Below, piece after piece: positions 10,576 to 21,279 of a stretch of DNA of 64,000 bases. Positions within the stretch are counted from its first letter, which is position 1. Each line of letters starts with the position of its first letter. Below the pieces are notes generated by a model. It was given only the letters and a program-made list of their open reading frames with translations, was not told where the DNA came from and did no database searches. The DNA lies in the IMG/VR virus record IMGVR_UViG_3300046786_000370, positions 15,927 through 79,926 of that record. One strand, 5' to 3'. Source of the stretch: a virus (taxonomy: Duplodnaviria > Heunggongvirae > Uroviricota > Caudoviricetes). A program made the translations under genes and the position numbers.

Positions 10576-11062
10576 GTTTAATTACCTCTACTCCGCTTTG
10601 TTTAAGGAATTTGATTCCCGAATCATCACGATAGTCCGCACTATAATACACCCTGCGAATACCTGACTGAAAAATAAGTTTGGAACATTCCATACAAGGA
10701 GCGTGAGTAACAAATATGTCAGCGCCATCACCACTATCGTTAGACTTCGCCAATTTTGATACAGCATTTGATTCAGCATGTAATACCTCTGGTCTTGTTT
10801 TTAATTTGTAACGCCCATGTTCGTCTTCTAAGGGATATTCTTTGTAGGAATAAGCAAAGTAATTACCGTCGAAGTCTCTACTCAAATCGTAGTCTTTATA
10901 TTCGCAGTCGTTTTCCCAACCTGCGGGCATACCATTGTAGCCCATGCTGATAACTCTATCATCTTTGACAATAACTGCGCCAACTTGTAGTCTACGAGCA
11001 TGACTCATTTTGGCTACTTCATGGGCGATATTATTGTATAATTTTTGGAACTTAGGTTTCAT
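10565..11062 (-). CDS. dCMP deaminase
   Basis: HAESNA and PCMECSKLI zinc motifs. Confidence 0.75.
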   Translation of the reverse strand: MKPKFQKLYNNIAHEVAKMSHARRLQVGAVIVKDDRVISMGYNGMPAGWENDCEYKDYDLSRDFDGNYFAYSYKEYPLEDEHGRYKLKTRPEVLHAESNAVSKLAKSNDSGDGADIFVTHAPCMECSKLIFQSGIRRVYYSADYRDDSGIKFLKQSGVEVIKHDE

Positions 11063-11307
11063 TGTCTTAGCTTTAAATTAAGTGTGAAGTTTTCAACTAC
11101 TAATTTGGTAATTGTTGCCAGCATTATTGTTGTACGTTCATCTGGGTCCATGTCAGCCCATGTTGTATTATACTGCTCTAATAGTCCTGTCGCAATCATT
11201 TCTGTGGCCATGTTTTCATCTACTGCCAACATACCCCAATCAATTGGATCTTCGCTGTCTATTTCCTTGACTAAATCAAGAATATCAGTTACTGTGACTT
11301 TAACCAT
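11059..11307 (-). CDS. hypothetical protein
   Basis: 82 aa acidic ORF. Confidence 0.35.
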   Translation of the reverse strand: MVKVTVTDILDLVKEIDSEDPIDWGMLAVDENMATEMIATGLLEQYNTTWADMDPDERTTIMLATITKLVVENFTLNLKLRQ

Positions 11308-11792
11308 TCTAACATTCGTTCAGCTGAAGTGTTTTCAATTACACTAAAATCATCAGAGGTATGATGTTCAATTAATTCATTTTTAACAACTACAGCATAT
11401 CTAATTGATCTTACACTAAGTCCTTGATGTGTAAAATCCTGCTCTAATTTGTGTGCTCTAATAAAGAAAGCATCACCATCTCCGTAGAATTCCACAGCAG
11501 AATCGGGCACTGTTTCTTTAACGTGCTTGTCAAAATGATTCATAACAAAAGCATCTTGACAATACAGGCCATAAACATTGTCCACATATTTCAGCATTTC
11601 TCTGCTGAGTTTTGCGTAAGCTATGGCCTGCTCTGTGTCTAGTCTACTAAATGGCGCTGGACCTGCAAAAATAACAACACGTTTGTCCATGAGCAAATCC
11701 CTTGTCGGAACTGCTTGATGTACGCCGGAGGCATTTATTTTATAAACTGCACCAGCGCCAATCATGTCGCCTATTTTTAGGTCAAATGCCAT
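11289..11792 (-). CDS. hypothetical protein (possible redoxin-like fold, no Cys)
   Basis: 167 aa ORF. Confidence 0.35.
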   Translation of the reverse strand: MAFDLKIGDMIGAGAVYKINASGVHQAVPTRDLLMDKRVVIFAGPAPFSRLDTEQAIAYAKLSREMLKYVDNVYGLYCQDAFVMNHFDKHVKETVPDSAVEFYGDGDAFFIRAHKLEQDFTHQGLSVRSIRYAVVVKNELIEHHTSDDFSVIENTSAERMLEWLKSQ

Positions 11793-12464
11793 TTATTTTC
11801 TGTCTCCAAATAGATTTAGCAAGTTAATAAACAAGTTAATGAAATCCAAATACAATGTTAGTGCTCCACGAATCTCAGCAATACCGTCATTGTCATAACT
11901 AACTTCTTCGCGAATCTTTTGTGTGTCATAAGCTGTTAAACCCAAAAAGATAATAATTGCCAATGCGCTGACCACTGTTTGCATTACTGTGCTACCAATA
12001 AAGATATTAACAATACTGGCAATACAAATCGCAATTAAACCAATAAACATAAACTTGCCCAGACTGTCTAGACTTTGTTTAGTAAAGTATCCGTATCCAC
12101 TCATTACAGCAAACAAAATGGCGGCGCCCATAAAGGCGCTTACAATACTACCCATAGTGAATAGCGCAAATATTGTAGCAAAACTTAGACCCATTAATGC
12201 GGCAAAACCATGTAAACAAAGTTGGGCCATACCTTTAGTAGGGCTTGCGTTTAGTAAAATAGTTACACCAAAGATTGCTACCAATGGCGCAAAGATTACA
12301 ATCCATTTCATTACACCTGTAAAGAAAAATTGTAGTAGTTCTGGACTAGTACCTACAAAATAACTGACTAGCATACTAACAATAACTGCTAGGCTCATGT
12401 AGCCATAAACACGGCCCATGGCTGAGTTAATTTCACTGGCACTTCTATAAACTGCGTATTCCAT
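11793..12464 (-). CDS. Bax inhibitor-1/YccA family membrane protein
   Basis: 7-TM profile; N-terminus MEYAVYRSASE... Confidence 0.55.
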   Translation of the reverse strand: MEYAVYRSASEINSAMGRVYGYMSLAVIVSMLVSYFVGTSPELLQFFFTGVMKWIVIFAPLVAIFGVTILLNASPTKGMAQLCLHGFAALMGLSFATIFALFTMGSIVSAFMGAAILFAVMSGYGYFTKQSLDSLGKFMFIGLIAICIASIVNIFIGSTVMQTVVSALAIIIFLGLTAYDTQKIREEVSYDNDGIAEIRGALTLYLDFINLFINLLNLFGDRK

Positions 12465-12469
12465 TTTGA

Positions 12470-12793
12470 TTACCTTTCTAAAAGATCTCGTTTGTTGGGT
12501 TTACCATCCCATTGTTCAGCATCAGGCAAAGGTTCCCGTTGCTTGGTAATTTTAGGCCAAATCTTGGCCAATTCTGCGTTAATGGCTATAAATTCTCGTT
12601 GACTGTCCGGAATATCCAAGTCAGCGTGAATTGCTTCAGCCGGACATTCTGGTACACATACCGCACAGTCGATACATTCATCGGGATTGATTGCTAGAAA
12701 GTTTGGCCCTTCTACAAAGCAATCCACTGGACATACTGCCACGCAATCTGTATATTTACATTTGATACAATTCTCAGTTACTACGAATGTCAT
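12470..12793 (-). CDS. 7Fe ferredoxin (FdxA type)
   Basis: [18 protein letters not shown]...[12 protein letters not shown]; near-canonical Azotobacter-type ferredoxin I. Confidence 0.85.
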   Translation of the reverse strand: MTFVVTENCIKCKYTDCVAVCPVDCFVEGPNFLAINPDECIDCAVCVPECPAEAIHADLDIPDSQREFIAINAELAKIWPKITKQREPLPDAEQWDGKPNKRDLLER

Positions 12794-12956
12794 TATTATT
12801 TTCCTGTACTTCTATAAATGTTATTTGTTCGTTTACTTCTACAAATCCGCCACATCTTTGGCAGATTACATCTGGTTCTCCGGAGTCACGTGAAAAGGCA
12901 TAACCACATTTTGGGTTAGTACAATGCAGACTCCATTTGCTTATAGGTTGTTTCAT
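12774..12956 (-). CDS. zinc-ribbon small protein
   Basis: CTNPKCG...CQRCGG. Confidence 0.4.
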   Translation of the reverse strand: MKQPISKWSLHCTNPKCGYAFSRDSGEPDVICQRCGGFVEVNEQITFIEVQENNNDIRSN

Positions 12957-12964
12957 TCATCTAT

Positions 12965-13360
12965 TTACCTACGCATACTTGAAATAGACTTAGCTTCGTC
13001 GTCAGAGAAGATAGGTACGCTATTACTTTTATGCATAACTCCAATACCCAGCATCTTAGTGCCTGTATATTGTGGTGCTTCCTTACTGCTAATAGCACCC
13101 GTATGCCCCGTATCGCGGCTTTTAATGTTGTGGGTGGTACTGCGGCCTGCCGGAGCTGTTAAAGTGTACTGTAGGGGCTCTGCTGTCATTGCTCTACGAC
13201 GTTTCTTTTCATCCGCGTCAATGCCCCACTTCTTTTGAAGCTCACGCCAATCTTCGTCTAATTGCCTAGCTTTTTGGGCTTCGGCGCTGTTACGAAACTT
13301 AACTTTACCCTTGCGTTTGCCACCAAGTGACAGCGCAGGATGCGCTAAATGCATAGTCAT
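12965..13360 (-). CDS. hypothetical basic protein
   Basis: 131 aa ORF with a promoter module just upstream. Confidence 0.4.
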   Translation of the reverse strand: MTMHLAHPALSLGGKRKGKVKFRNSAEAQKARQLDEDWRELQKKWGIDADEKKRRRAMTAEPLQYTLTAPAGRSTTHNIKSRDTGHTGAISSKEAPQYTGTKMLGIGVMHKSNSVPIFSDDEAKSISSMRR

Positions 13361-13383
13361 ACTAATACTCCTATAATGCTATA

Positions 13384-13412
13384 ATTATAGCAGAATATTC
13401 AATTTGTGTCAA
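13384..13412 (-). promoter_or_regulatory. sigma70-like promoter TTGACAcaaatt-N17-TATAAT
   Basis: Exact -35 and -10 hexamers with a 17-nt spacer, upstream of the 12965..13360 gene. Confidence 0.6.
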
Positions 13413-13413
13413 T

Positions 13414-13665
13414 TTATTTGGATAAGTTATAAAGCATGATTGCTTCGTCTAAGGCCCGTTTAATTGTGGGATTAGTTTTTGCGGCTCTGCGTATGTTGCC
13501 CCACAATTTGCTTTCTTCTATCTCTTCCCTAAGGCTCTTAGAATCTTCGCTTTCCCATGCTAGCTTTCTACTTTGTACAGGACTGCCGGGCTCACGCATA
13601 TAAACGGTTTTGCCTCCATCTGGACTTTCGTAGATAACGGCTTCTGTAATTTTATTAACTATCAT
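13414..13665 (-). CDS. hypothetical protein
   Basis: 83 aa ORF. Confidence 0.35.
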   Translation of the reverse strand: MIVNKITEAVIYESPDGGKTVYMREPGSPVQSRKLAWESEDSKSLREEIEESKLWGNIRRAAKTNPTIKRALDEAIMLYNLSK

Positions 13666-14063
13666 TTATCGTCCCACGCTTGCGGAGTTGTCATTTGCTC
13701 ATTGTAAGTCTTAATAAGATCTTTCCAATCACCGATGTCCACTCTGAAATTAAAGTCCATGCCACGATCGCCTACTGTAATACGAACAGCATTGAAATGA
13801 ACTTTCTTCATGACAAACCAATATTGTCCAGCTTTTGATTTCAATTGAACTCCCCATTGTTCATTGGCAGGGTCAATTATATCATAGCCAGCAAATATAT
13901 GTTTAATTTCTTCATGAGTTAGTTTGTACGTAAGTACCAAACTTTTAGTAACCATGATACTCAAATCACAACGATCTGAATTCTTATAAGCATAAAGCTT
14001 GAATGTATCTTTAAATTCTTTAAACACTGAAACTACTCCCGCAACCGCAACTTGTTTGTGCAT
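13662..14063 (-). CDS. hypothetical protein
   Basis: 133 aa ORF. Confidence 0.4.
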   Translation of the reverse strand: MHKQVAVAGVVSVFKEFKDTFKLYAYKNSDRCDLSIMVTKSLVLTYKLTHEEIKHIFAGYDIIDPANEQWGVQLKSKAGQYWFVMKKVHFNAVRITVGDRGMDFNFRVDIGDWKDLIKTYNEQMTTPQAWDDK

Positions 14064-14343
14064 TAGGATTTTGAATTACAAAATTACTACCTTCAAAATC
14101 TTCTTTGTAATCAATTGTAGCACCTTCTAAGTACTGCATACTCATTGCGTCAACAAGATATTTAACACCCTGCTGTTCAATGATAAAATCATCTTCATTT
14201 TGTACTGTTTCAAGTGTAAAGCCATACTGCATTCCGCTACAGCCTCCACCTTGAACGAATACTCTTAAACTAATGTTCGGATTATTTTCTTCTTGTAGTA
14301 TTTCTGCTACTTTTGTGTTCACGTTTTCTGTAATTGTAATCAT
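14020..14343 (-). CDS. Fe-S cluster insertion protein (IscA/ErpA/HesB family)
   Basis: GGGCSGMQY...CGCGSSF signature. Confidence 0.8.
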   Translation of the reverse strand: MITITENVNTKVAEILQEENNPNISLRVFVQGGGCSGMQYGFTLETVQNEDDFIIEQQGVKYLVDAMSMQYLEGATIDYKEDFEGSNFVIQNPNAQTSCGCGSSFSV

Positions 14344-14344
14344 T

Positions 14345-14863
14345 TTAATTCTCCACTATCATCACTAAATGTAATCTTTTTTCTGTACTTCCATTCATGA
14401 AAGTATGCGGTTTAGTTGTATCCACCCACGTTGTACGACCATCTGCCGGCAAATGAAACATGACCATTGGATCTGTAATTAAAAAATTACATTGTGTATT
14501 AGTTACCAATGGCAAATGTAGTCTGGGACTATAGTCTTTGTGAATACTATAACATCCTTTTTCACGGGCTAACATTATTCTTGCTCTATACACAGGCACT
14601 GCCAGCCATTTAAAATAATCATCTATAGCAGTGCCTATTAGGCTAGGCTGTAAATGACAGAATTTATGTTCCCAGTCTTTAGTTTTAGCTGTACTATGTC
14701 CTGTGCCAGCTAACCAATTATCCACTGAAGGATCATCAGTTTGAATAGAAACTTGCCCGTCGGATCTATATTCCCAATCAACATATAATTTTGCTAGTTT
14801 TACGCATTGCTCGACTACTTCATTATAGCGAGGATACGCTGGCTTAAATTCTTTGTATAACAT
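14345..14863 (-). CDS. small 2OG-Fe(II)/cupin oxygenase (paralog family)
   Basis: [13 protein letters not shown], an HxD...H arrangement. Confidence 0.45.
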   Translation of the reverse strand: MLYKEFKPAYPRYNEVVEQCVKLAKLYVDWEYRSDGQVSIQTDDPSVDNWLAGTGHSTAKTKDWEHKFCHLQPSLIGTAIDDYFKWLAVPVYRARIMLAREKGCYSIHKDYSPRLHLPLVTNTQCNFLITDPMVMFHLPADGRTTWVDTTKPHTFMNGSTEKRLHLVMIVEN

Positions 14864-14871
14864 ACAATTAT

Positions 14872-15372
14872 TTATGAAAGTATGATATCCACTGCGGCAT
14901 CTTCACTGATATAATCATCAGTAGTAAAATGCGGATATTTCGCAAGAATTTTTGCTGTGCCTACATAAGCAAACCATCTATAATCAACTTTGCATTTTGC
15001 TACTTCAGCATAATGCTCTGACAGATATTTTAATGACGATTTCTCAGCATGATAATATCTAAGATGTCTATATTGCATACCAGTTAGTGAGTCATATTGT
15101 GCAATTCTACTGCCCACATTGATAATTCTTTTTTCAGGCAAATCTATCCAAGCATTTAACATATCAATTAACATATATGATTGTGCAAAATTTTCTGTGG
15201 CATTGTTTATAAACACGTCACAGTCGTAGCTTTCGTCGACAATTCGTTGCCTATCTTTTTTCTTATTAATGTCATAACCAGTGCTTCGACTGAATCCAAT
15301 TGAATTTGGGCTCAATCGTTCGAATGCTCTGAGTCCAATTCCTTCAGTATGGCCTGTAATCGCATATTTCAT
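14872..15372 (-). CDS. SDR-like NAD(P)-binding protein (paralog of 60945..61532)
   Basis: ITGHTEGIG glycine-rich N-terminus. Confidence 0.4.
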   Translation of the reverse strand: MKYAITGHTEGIGLRAFERLSPNSIGFSRSTGYDINKKKDRQRIVDESYDCDVFINNATENFAQSYMLIDMLNAWIDLPEKRIINVGSRIAQYDSLTGMQYRHLRYYHAEKSSLKYLSEHYAEVAKCKVDYRWFAYVGTAKILAKYPHFTTDDYISEDAAVDIILS

Positions 15373-16040
15373 TTATGTGCTATCCTTATACTAACGCCTA
15401 ATTTAGATTTACTCATCATTCTTCCTGTAGAATGTATGTGCTGACTGTCAAATACTATAGCTGATCCCGGAGTCCAGGAATATGCTGTTCCGCTCATGCT
15501 ATAAAAATAGTCACGTTCGAAGTGTTGACTGTCTATGTGTTGCCAAATTTCCTGGGGTAATTCAGTATTTGTACCACCTTGGAAAAATTCCCCATCACAG
15601 GGCCTTGAATTTGTTTTCTTATTACTGTAGAAATCACCGTCAATTTCAAAATTGCCTAGCCATGTAATATTCTTACCCTGCCAACGTTGATCAAATACAA
15701 TAAACTTTTGATCCTCTCTGGGCTCAAATCTTTGAATTGGTATAACAATATTCAACCATGCTTTATCTTCTATAGCGTCACAATGTGGAAAGTAACTGTG
15801 ACTGTGCTTATAAAAGTTGTCGCCTACAATTTTGTAGGGTTCATTTATGTTCAATTTGCGTTCAATCAAATTTGTAGCAAATTCATTGAATTCAATTTCG
15901 TCAAATGGCAACAATACTTTGTCCATGCCATGGCTGAATATGTGGTCATGACTGAGAAATATTTGCTTTAAATATTCTAATTCTGAATCAGTGACAATAT
16001 TTTCAACTAATTTGTGCATGTGTTTATTTAAGCCACGCAT
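15369..16040 (-). CDS. hypothetical protein (possible oxygenase)
   Basis: PHCDAIED...QHIHSTG looks like a loose HxD...H motif. Confidence 0.35.
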   Translation of the reverse strand: MRGLNKHMHKLVENIVTDSELEYLKQIFLSHDHIFSHGMDKVLLPFDEIEFNEFATNLIERKLNINEPYKIVGDNFYKHSHSYFPHCDAIEDKAWLNIVIPIQRFEPREDQKFIVFDQRWQGKNITWLGNFEIDGDFYSNKKTNSRPCDGEFFQGGTNTELPQEIWQHIDSQHFERDYFYSMSGTAYSWTPGSAIVFDSQHIHSTGRMMSKSKLGVSIRIAHK

Positions 16041-17043
16041 ACAATTTTTCAGCCTGGCCCTGTGTATGCCATTTATTGTCCCAATCTACGGCCCATTTCT
16101 TATATAAATCTATGCTTTTTAATTTGTCTGTGGTTAAATTAAAATATGGAAGATTTTTATCCCAATATTGTTCTGCGATATGCCTGGGAAATAGATTCAA
16201 TCCTGCGTGTTTCGGATATACAATTGGAAATGTATGTACAGGCAATTTCCAAAATTCCACAGTCTTCGGATAATCAGCTATAGTCCACGGCGTTACGCTG
16301 TAACTTATACTGGCATTACTGTTGTTTTTAATTATATCAACAGAGTCTAATAGTTCATCCCAGCTTGCGTCACGTCGAAACCATTCATAAGTGTCTTTGT
16401 AGCCTTCTATGCTAATGCTACATTGTACACTGGCCCAGCCTTTCCACAGATCCAATCTGGGTTTGATCAATCCATTTGTAATATAAACTAATTTACAATG
16501 ACTTCTATCGTAGTTACTTAAATGTTCTAATATTTTATAATGTGCGGGATCTAGAAATGGCTCGCCACCTGTGAATTTAATGTGATCCAAATTAGGCAAC
16601 AATTCGACTAATTCGGCCAGGAATTCATCTGTAACATCAAACGCATTTATAACATGTGGACTAATTCCCAACAATTTGCGCCAGCCACTGCTACGCTCGG
16701 GTCCACAATGAGCACAAGTCAATTGACATTTGTTGCTCATTTTAAATTGTATTGCACGAATTTCTCTTTGTTCACTGATAAATTTAGTGCCTGTACGCAG
16801 ACTCTGTTGTCCGTGTTCTTCTACTTGTCTACATCTATAACAAGCATATTCAGTGTCTGCGGTATAGCCTGTAGAATTTAAGTTTTCTCTCAGTGTTAAT
16901 AACTTAGGATGATTAAATGCTGTTTTAATTCCATTTTGAATTGGACTGATTCTGGCAGCATTGTCTGTTTCGCCACAGCAGGGTCTTGTCCAACCATCTG
17001 TTTCGATGCTAACCATGTTTTCTACCCAAGCACATTTTTTCAT
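16024..17043 (-). CDS. radical SAM enzyme
   Basis: CQLTCAHC (Cx3Cx2C) plus FTGGEPFL; Cys-rich N-terminal extension. Confidence 0.65.
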   Translation of the reverse strand: MKKCAWVENMVSIETDGWTRPCCGETDNAARISPIQNGIKTAFNHPKLLTLRENLNSTGYTADTEYACYRCRQVEEHGQQSLRTGTKFISEQREIRAIQFKMSNKCQLTCAHCGPERSSGWRKLLGISPHVINAFDVTDEFLAELVELLPNLDHIKFTGGEPFLDPAHYKILEHLSNYDRSHCKLVYITNGLIKPRLDLWKGWASVQCSISIEGYKDTYEWFRRDASWDELLDSVDIIKNNSNASISYSVTPWTIADYPKTVEFWKLPVHTFPIVYPKHAGLNLFPRHIAEQYWDKNLPYFNLTTDKLKSIDLYKKWAVDWDNKWHTQGQAEKLYAWLK

Positions 17044-17528
17044 AAGTTATTGGCCTCGCAGAATTCTTTGACTTGTTTGTAATTTAAAGGCTGATTAAAT
17101 CCCATGCTGAACATATATCTTAGATTGTTTCTGTTAATTACACCGTGCTTTTCATGTGTGTTTAAAAGATAATAACAATCTGGCTCATAGTTTAATTCAC
17201 GAATGTTCATGACTTCTTCTTCATCTGATTGTGTACCATAATATGTTTGACTATCATTACCCACTAATAGCATATTCAAGGCGCAACTTCTAATCGCATC
17301 TGTATGGAATCTATAGAATTGCCATGGTGGCATTCTAAATATAACAGGAACAGCATTAAATTGTTTGATTAATTTCACAATAACAGGATCATCTTTAATC
17401 AATGATTCGTGTACCATGGCAATATCAAAGGCATTTTTATGAATCCACTTAGTGTAATTGCTTTTTGCAAAATCAGTTAGTTGGATTCTACATGTACTTG
17501 TTGATGTTAATTTACTAAATTGTTCCAT
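17040..17528 (-). CDS. small 2OG-Fe(II) oxygenase-like paralog
   Basis: FHTDAIRS...HGVINRNN...R motif. Confidence 0.45.
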   Translation of the reverse strand: MEQFSKLTSTSTCRIQLTDFAKSNYTKWIHKNAFDIAMVHESLIKDDPVIVKLIKQFNAVPVIFRMPPWQFYRFHTDAIRSCALNMLLVGNDSQTYYGTQSDEEEVMNIRELNYEPDCYYLLNTHEKHGVINRNNLRYMFSMGFNQPLNYKQVKEFCEANNL

Positions 17529-18094
17529 GCCGCTAATCTTTTAAATGTGTTGTCGAAATTGTTGTCATGATATCTAATGCTAAAACAATATCTATATTCA
17601 TTGCTGTCATTGCTAATATTATGCGGTACACATACTTCTACCAGCGTTAATTTGTTTAAATTAACACCGTCTATTTTTTCACAGTCTGTGACATTAAAAG
17701 GCATATAACCAGTGCCTGCTTCTGTTACACTATATTTTGTATTAGAATTTAAAAGCCTGTACCAATTCATTGCGCCTATGCCGTTAACAACATAGTTAAT
17801 AGCACTTTTACTATCAAATGAATTGCCGTCGATGTGTATTCTTGTAAACGTTTTTGGCGGCGTTGTAAACATTTGAACTTCTCTTAGTTGAAATCCTAAT
17901 TGACTAAGTTTGTCAATTACTTCGTCAGTTAATACAACATTGGGCTGATATCTTCTAATTGGCTGAAATTCCCCGGGGATTTCAAAGTCACTGCGAATTG
18001 GATTGTAATCTGCAATTTCAAAATAATTCATTCTAGAAAATCCTTCCAATATTCCCTGGCATTGAACAATGGCTTTGGCACAGGAGGATCCCAA
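17507..18094 (-). CDS. small 2OG-Fe(II) oxygenase-like paralog
   Basis: IHIDGNS...PHNIS motif. Confidence 0.45.
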   Translation of the reverse strand: MGSSCAKAIVQCQGILEGFSRMNYFEIADYNPIRSDFEIPGEFQPIRRYQPNVVLTDEVIDKLSQLGFQLREVQMFTTPPKTFTRIHIDGNSFDSKSAINYVVNGIGAMNWYRLLNSNTKYSVTEAGTGYMPFNVTDCEKIDGVNLNKLTLVEVCVPHNISNDSNEYRYCFSIRYHDNNFDNTFKRLAAWNNLVN

Positions 18095-18588
18095 TTTAAA
18101 CTTATAGAAATTCTTTTACGTCCTGGTTCTATGCCACTGGCTGAATGCAGCTCTGGATTTACAGCAATGATATGCCATCTAAATGGTTCTACATGATGAC
18201 TTTCTATTATGTTTTTATCGTTGTCATACCAATGTGTCCATACATTGTCTCCGCCCGTGTCAATGAAATAATTAAATGCGTAATTGCGGCCATAGTCAAA
18301 ATGTATGGGATGACTTTCAGGACCTCTATCTGGGTTAGGTCTATGCTGTGATACGTGAATAAAAGGCATCATTAAATTTTGAGAAATATGTTTAAAATGT
18401 TTGAACACAATGTTTTCGTAGATCCACTTTTGTGCCATGGCAGGTACATAAGTTAGCCTAACAGCCTGTCCTTCTAATTCATTGACCTTCTTTAAAAAAT
18501 TGCTGGATTCAATTAGAGGCACCATATTTAAACATGGCTGTATAAACTCTTGTGGTATCTTGGGGAAATTTACATAACTAAAGTTCAT
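18028..18588 (-). CDS. hypothetical protein (possible oxygenase paralog)
   Basis: IHFDYGRN...HHVEP motif. Confidence 0.35.
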   Translation of the reverse strand: MNFSYVNFPKIPQEFIQPCLNMVPLIESSNFLKKVNELEGQAVRLTYVPAMAQKWIYENIVFKHFKHISQNLMMPFIHVSQHRPNPDRGPESHPIHFDYGRNYAFNYFIDTGGDNVWTHWYDNDKNIIESHHVEPFRWHIIAVNPELHSASGIEPGRKRISISLNWDPPVPKPLFNAREYWKDFLE

Positions 18589-18591
18589 AAA

Positions 18592-19215
18592 CTATTTACT
18601 TTTAATAGTCTCCCAATTAAAGTTCCATGCTGTGTCTAATTTTTCATAGATGACCCATTGTGATGTGTATTGTATAGTAACTGGGAAAGTAACTTCGTTG
18701 AAGTTGCTATAACAGAAATGACGTGGCTCTCTGGGTGTTCGACTTTCTCCCAGTCTAGTTCGCTTCCATATAGCAATGATGTTTTTGTTGTAGTCATTGA
18801 ATGTTAGAGCAACTTGTTTACAGTTGTTTTTAATTGCCCATTGTTTATGCTCTGGTAACAAATAGTTTCTAGCAATGTTTTGATTTCTGTATTCTTCTGA
18901 TATCCATGTTCTAGTGCCAGCTAGTGCTATCAGTGAATTTGTTGCCAGTTTAGCAACACCGCCGCAGGCAATCGCTTTCTTGCCATCATAGACTACATAA
19001 AATGCACCTTCTTGTCCTTGGTATTTGTTTGTTTTTATTAGGATATAAGGCAGGGTGTTGGGTTTGGTATCCCAATGATCGTCCCACATATTTGCCCACG
19101 CAGGATCATCTGTTGTTTGTTGTTCTCGGAGAAAGTTAAAAAACTCAGTGACTTTTTTATCGCTGAGTTTGTAAAAGTCAATGACCTTCATTTTCGTATA
19201 ATTTGAATAACCCAC
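18592..19215 (-). CDS. hypothetical protein
   Basis: 207 aa ORF. Confidence 0.4.
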   Translation of the reverse strand: MGYSNYTKMKVIDFYKLSDKKVTEFFNFLREQQTTDDPAWANMWDDHWDTKPNTLPYILIKTNKYQGQEGAFYVVYDGKKAIACGGVAKLATNSLIALAGTRTWISEEYRNQNIARNYLLPEHKQWAIKNNCKQVALTFNDYNKNIIAIWKRTRLGESRTPREPRHFCYSNFNEVTFPVTIQYTSQWVIYEKLDTAWNFNWETIKSK

Positions 19216-19928
19216 TTAGTCACGTCAAATTCCCACCACTTGACTTGAAAACTGTAGTTGTAAGGATCGCCATGATGATTGTTGTGCCATCCTTCGCCCC
19301 AAGCAATTAAACCAGCAATCCAATTGTTTTTACTTTGTTCTCTTGTATCAGGATAATTTCTATAACCATACTTGTGTCCTAGATAATTAACTAGGCCCAT
19401 AGCAGTCCATAGTATAAAGCTAGGGAATACGTGGAATACCATCCAAGCATGAACTCCGCCGATTAGGTATAACGCAATGGCATAAGCGATGTTTATTTTC
19501 CAATAGTTTTCGTGAACTTTAAGCTGAAATTTATCACGAAGCAAATCAGGAACATATCTAACCTTAGGTTCAGCAAACATACTGCCATAAAAGCAATGTA
19601 CAAAACCCATGTATCTATTTGGAGTATGTGGATCATCTAGTTCTTTGTCGCTGTAACGATGATGTTGTCTATGAACGCTGACCCATCCAATGCTGGATCC
19701 AACACCGCCCAGTGTGCCTAATACTGTGCCAATTTTGCGAAATATATCCAGCGTTTCATAGCTTTTATGTGTAAGCAATCTATGAAAAGTAACTGTAATG
19801 CCTAGACAGCCTGTGATAAAGTAGACGGCAAAAGCGGTTGCATAGTCTATAGATGTAAATGTCATTATACAATAAATGACTGATACGTGGCAGAATAATT
19901 GCCACAAAGGTAGTTTGTATTGTTCCAT
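19188..19928 (-). CDS. membrane fatty-acid desaturase
   Basis: His boxes HRLLTH, HRQHHRY and WHNNHH. Confidence 0.75.
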   Translation of the reverse strand: MEQYKLPLWQLFCHVSVIYCIMTFTSIDYATAFAVYFITGCLGITVTFHRLLTHKSYETLDIFRKIGTVLGTLGGVGSSIGWVSVHRQHHRYSDKELDDPHTPNRYMGFVHCFYGSMFAEPKVRYVPDLLRDKFQLKVHENYWKINIAYAIALYLIGGVHAWMVFHVFPSFILWTAMGLVNYLGHKYGYRNYPDTREQSKNNWIAGLIAWGEGWHNNHHGDPYNYSFQVKWWEFDVTKWVIQIIRK

Positions 19929-19929
19929 G

Positions 19930-20502
19930 TCAGTATTTATCGGGGTCGCTGTCCAAGACTTCCCAGCCTAGCTTTTTCAAATCTGCTTTAATTTCATCTG
20001 TTACAACACTTTCGCTGACATAGGATTTAGATTCAATATATTGTTCTTGCTGTTCTTTGCTTAGTTCAGCAAACTGCTCGTCTAATAGCACAGGGCTATC
20101 GTTACGAATACCACTACAGTACCAATCAATATAGTCGCCTTGTTCGCGCATATCAGCAACAATTCCACCAGCATGGCGCCAACTACAACTCCAAGTCTTG
20201 CCTGCTAGCTTAGGCATAAATTCATTCTTTTGAAAGTCGTTGTTGCACATGGCCGCATAGAGATTCTGAGCATACGATTCTTTAGCACGAACCTTTTCAA
20301 GTATCCAATCAGTACTGCGAAGATCATACTCCATGTTATTTTCCTGCCATTCGGGATCTTCCATGTTAGCTTGATCCTGTTCCCTCCATGACTTGTACAT
20401 ATTAATGTAGTCTTGGTTAGGCAATTTACCTTGTTCTTCACAGCGTTTCACATATCCTTCTTTTTGAAAGGTATGACGATCTGGACTAGTTGATATTTTC
20501 AT
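19930..20502 (-). CDS. hypothetical protein
   Basis: 190 aa ORF. Confidence 0.4.
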   Translation of the reverse strand: MKISTSPDRHTFQKEGYVKRCEEQGKLPNQDYINMYKSWREQDQANMEDPEWQENNMEYDLRSTDWILEKVRAKESYAQNLYAAMCNNDFQKNEFMPKLAGKTWSCSWRHAGGIVADMREQGDYIDWYCSGIRNDSPVLLDEQFAELSKEQQEQYIESKSYVSESVVTDEIKADLKKLGWEVLDSDPDKY

Positions 20503-21227
20503 TATTCAAATTCCGGTAAACTAGGAGCATATACTCCCAAATGTCGAACTGTCACGGCGGCAGCTCTATTCGCATACATTATAGCATCTTCTATGTTATT
20601 TGTCTTTAAGTAAAAATAGCACAGAGTTGCCAAAAATGTATCCCCGGCGCCACAGACATCCACAACTTCTACTAGGGGCGCCGGGTACATTTTCTCTTTA
20701 TATAAACAACCATCTTTGCCCATTGTAACAATTATGTCTGTGGGTACCGAGGTTGTTGTGCTATGTTCAAAATCATTGATCTTAACATAGCATCCTTCAA
20801 ATCTTTTTAAATCTTTTTTCTTTGTATCTACGAAAATTGGACCCGAATATTGTTGCCTGAGTTGTTCGACAAATTCATAGGTTATAGTTCCTTTACAATA
20901 GTCGCTGACTACTATGGCATCATACAAACTTAAATCTACATCAACTTTGAGTGCTGTACAATTTTTGTCTTCGTCTATTCGTAGCATGTGTTGATGACTT
21001 TTAATGTCTAACATTCTTGTTTTAACATTAGTGTCTGTGTGTCTGTAATCAACTGTACAGTGCAATGCTTGTAGATTGCGTTTGACATTCCCAGCCATGC
21101 CAGGAATCTTTTGATAGTGATCCAATTTAACAATTGGAACCGGAGCTTCAGGGCTTAATCGTTCTACGTGACCGTATTGATATATGTCAACACAATCGTC
21201 CCCGCATAATAAAATTTTATAGCTCAT
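20502..21227 (-). CDS. PfkB-family sugar kinase, HldE/RfaE domain-I-like
   Basis: N-terminus ILLCGDDCVDIYQYG...LSPEAPVPIVKL matches the heptose-7-P kinase block; DVCGAGDTF ATP-site motif. Confidence 0.6.
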   Translation of the reverse strand: MSYKILLCGDDCVDIYQYGHVERLSPEAPVPIVKLDHYQKIPGMAGNVKRNLQALHCTVDYRHTDTNVKTRMLDIKSHQHMLRIDEDKNCTALKVDVDLSLYDAIVVSDYCKGTITYEFVEQLRQQYSGPIFVDTKKKDLKRFEGCYVKINDFEHSTTTSVPTDIIVTMGKDGCLYKEKMYPAPLVEVVDVCGAGDTFLATLCYFYLKTNNIEDAIMYANRAAAVTVRHLGVYAPSLPEFE

Positions 21228-21279
21228 ATCCTGTTTTATTTAACTTGGAATTTCGTTATCCATATCTATAAATATTATT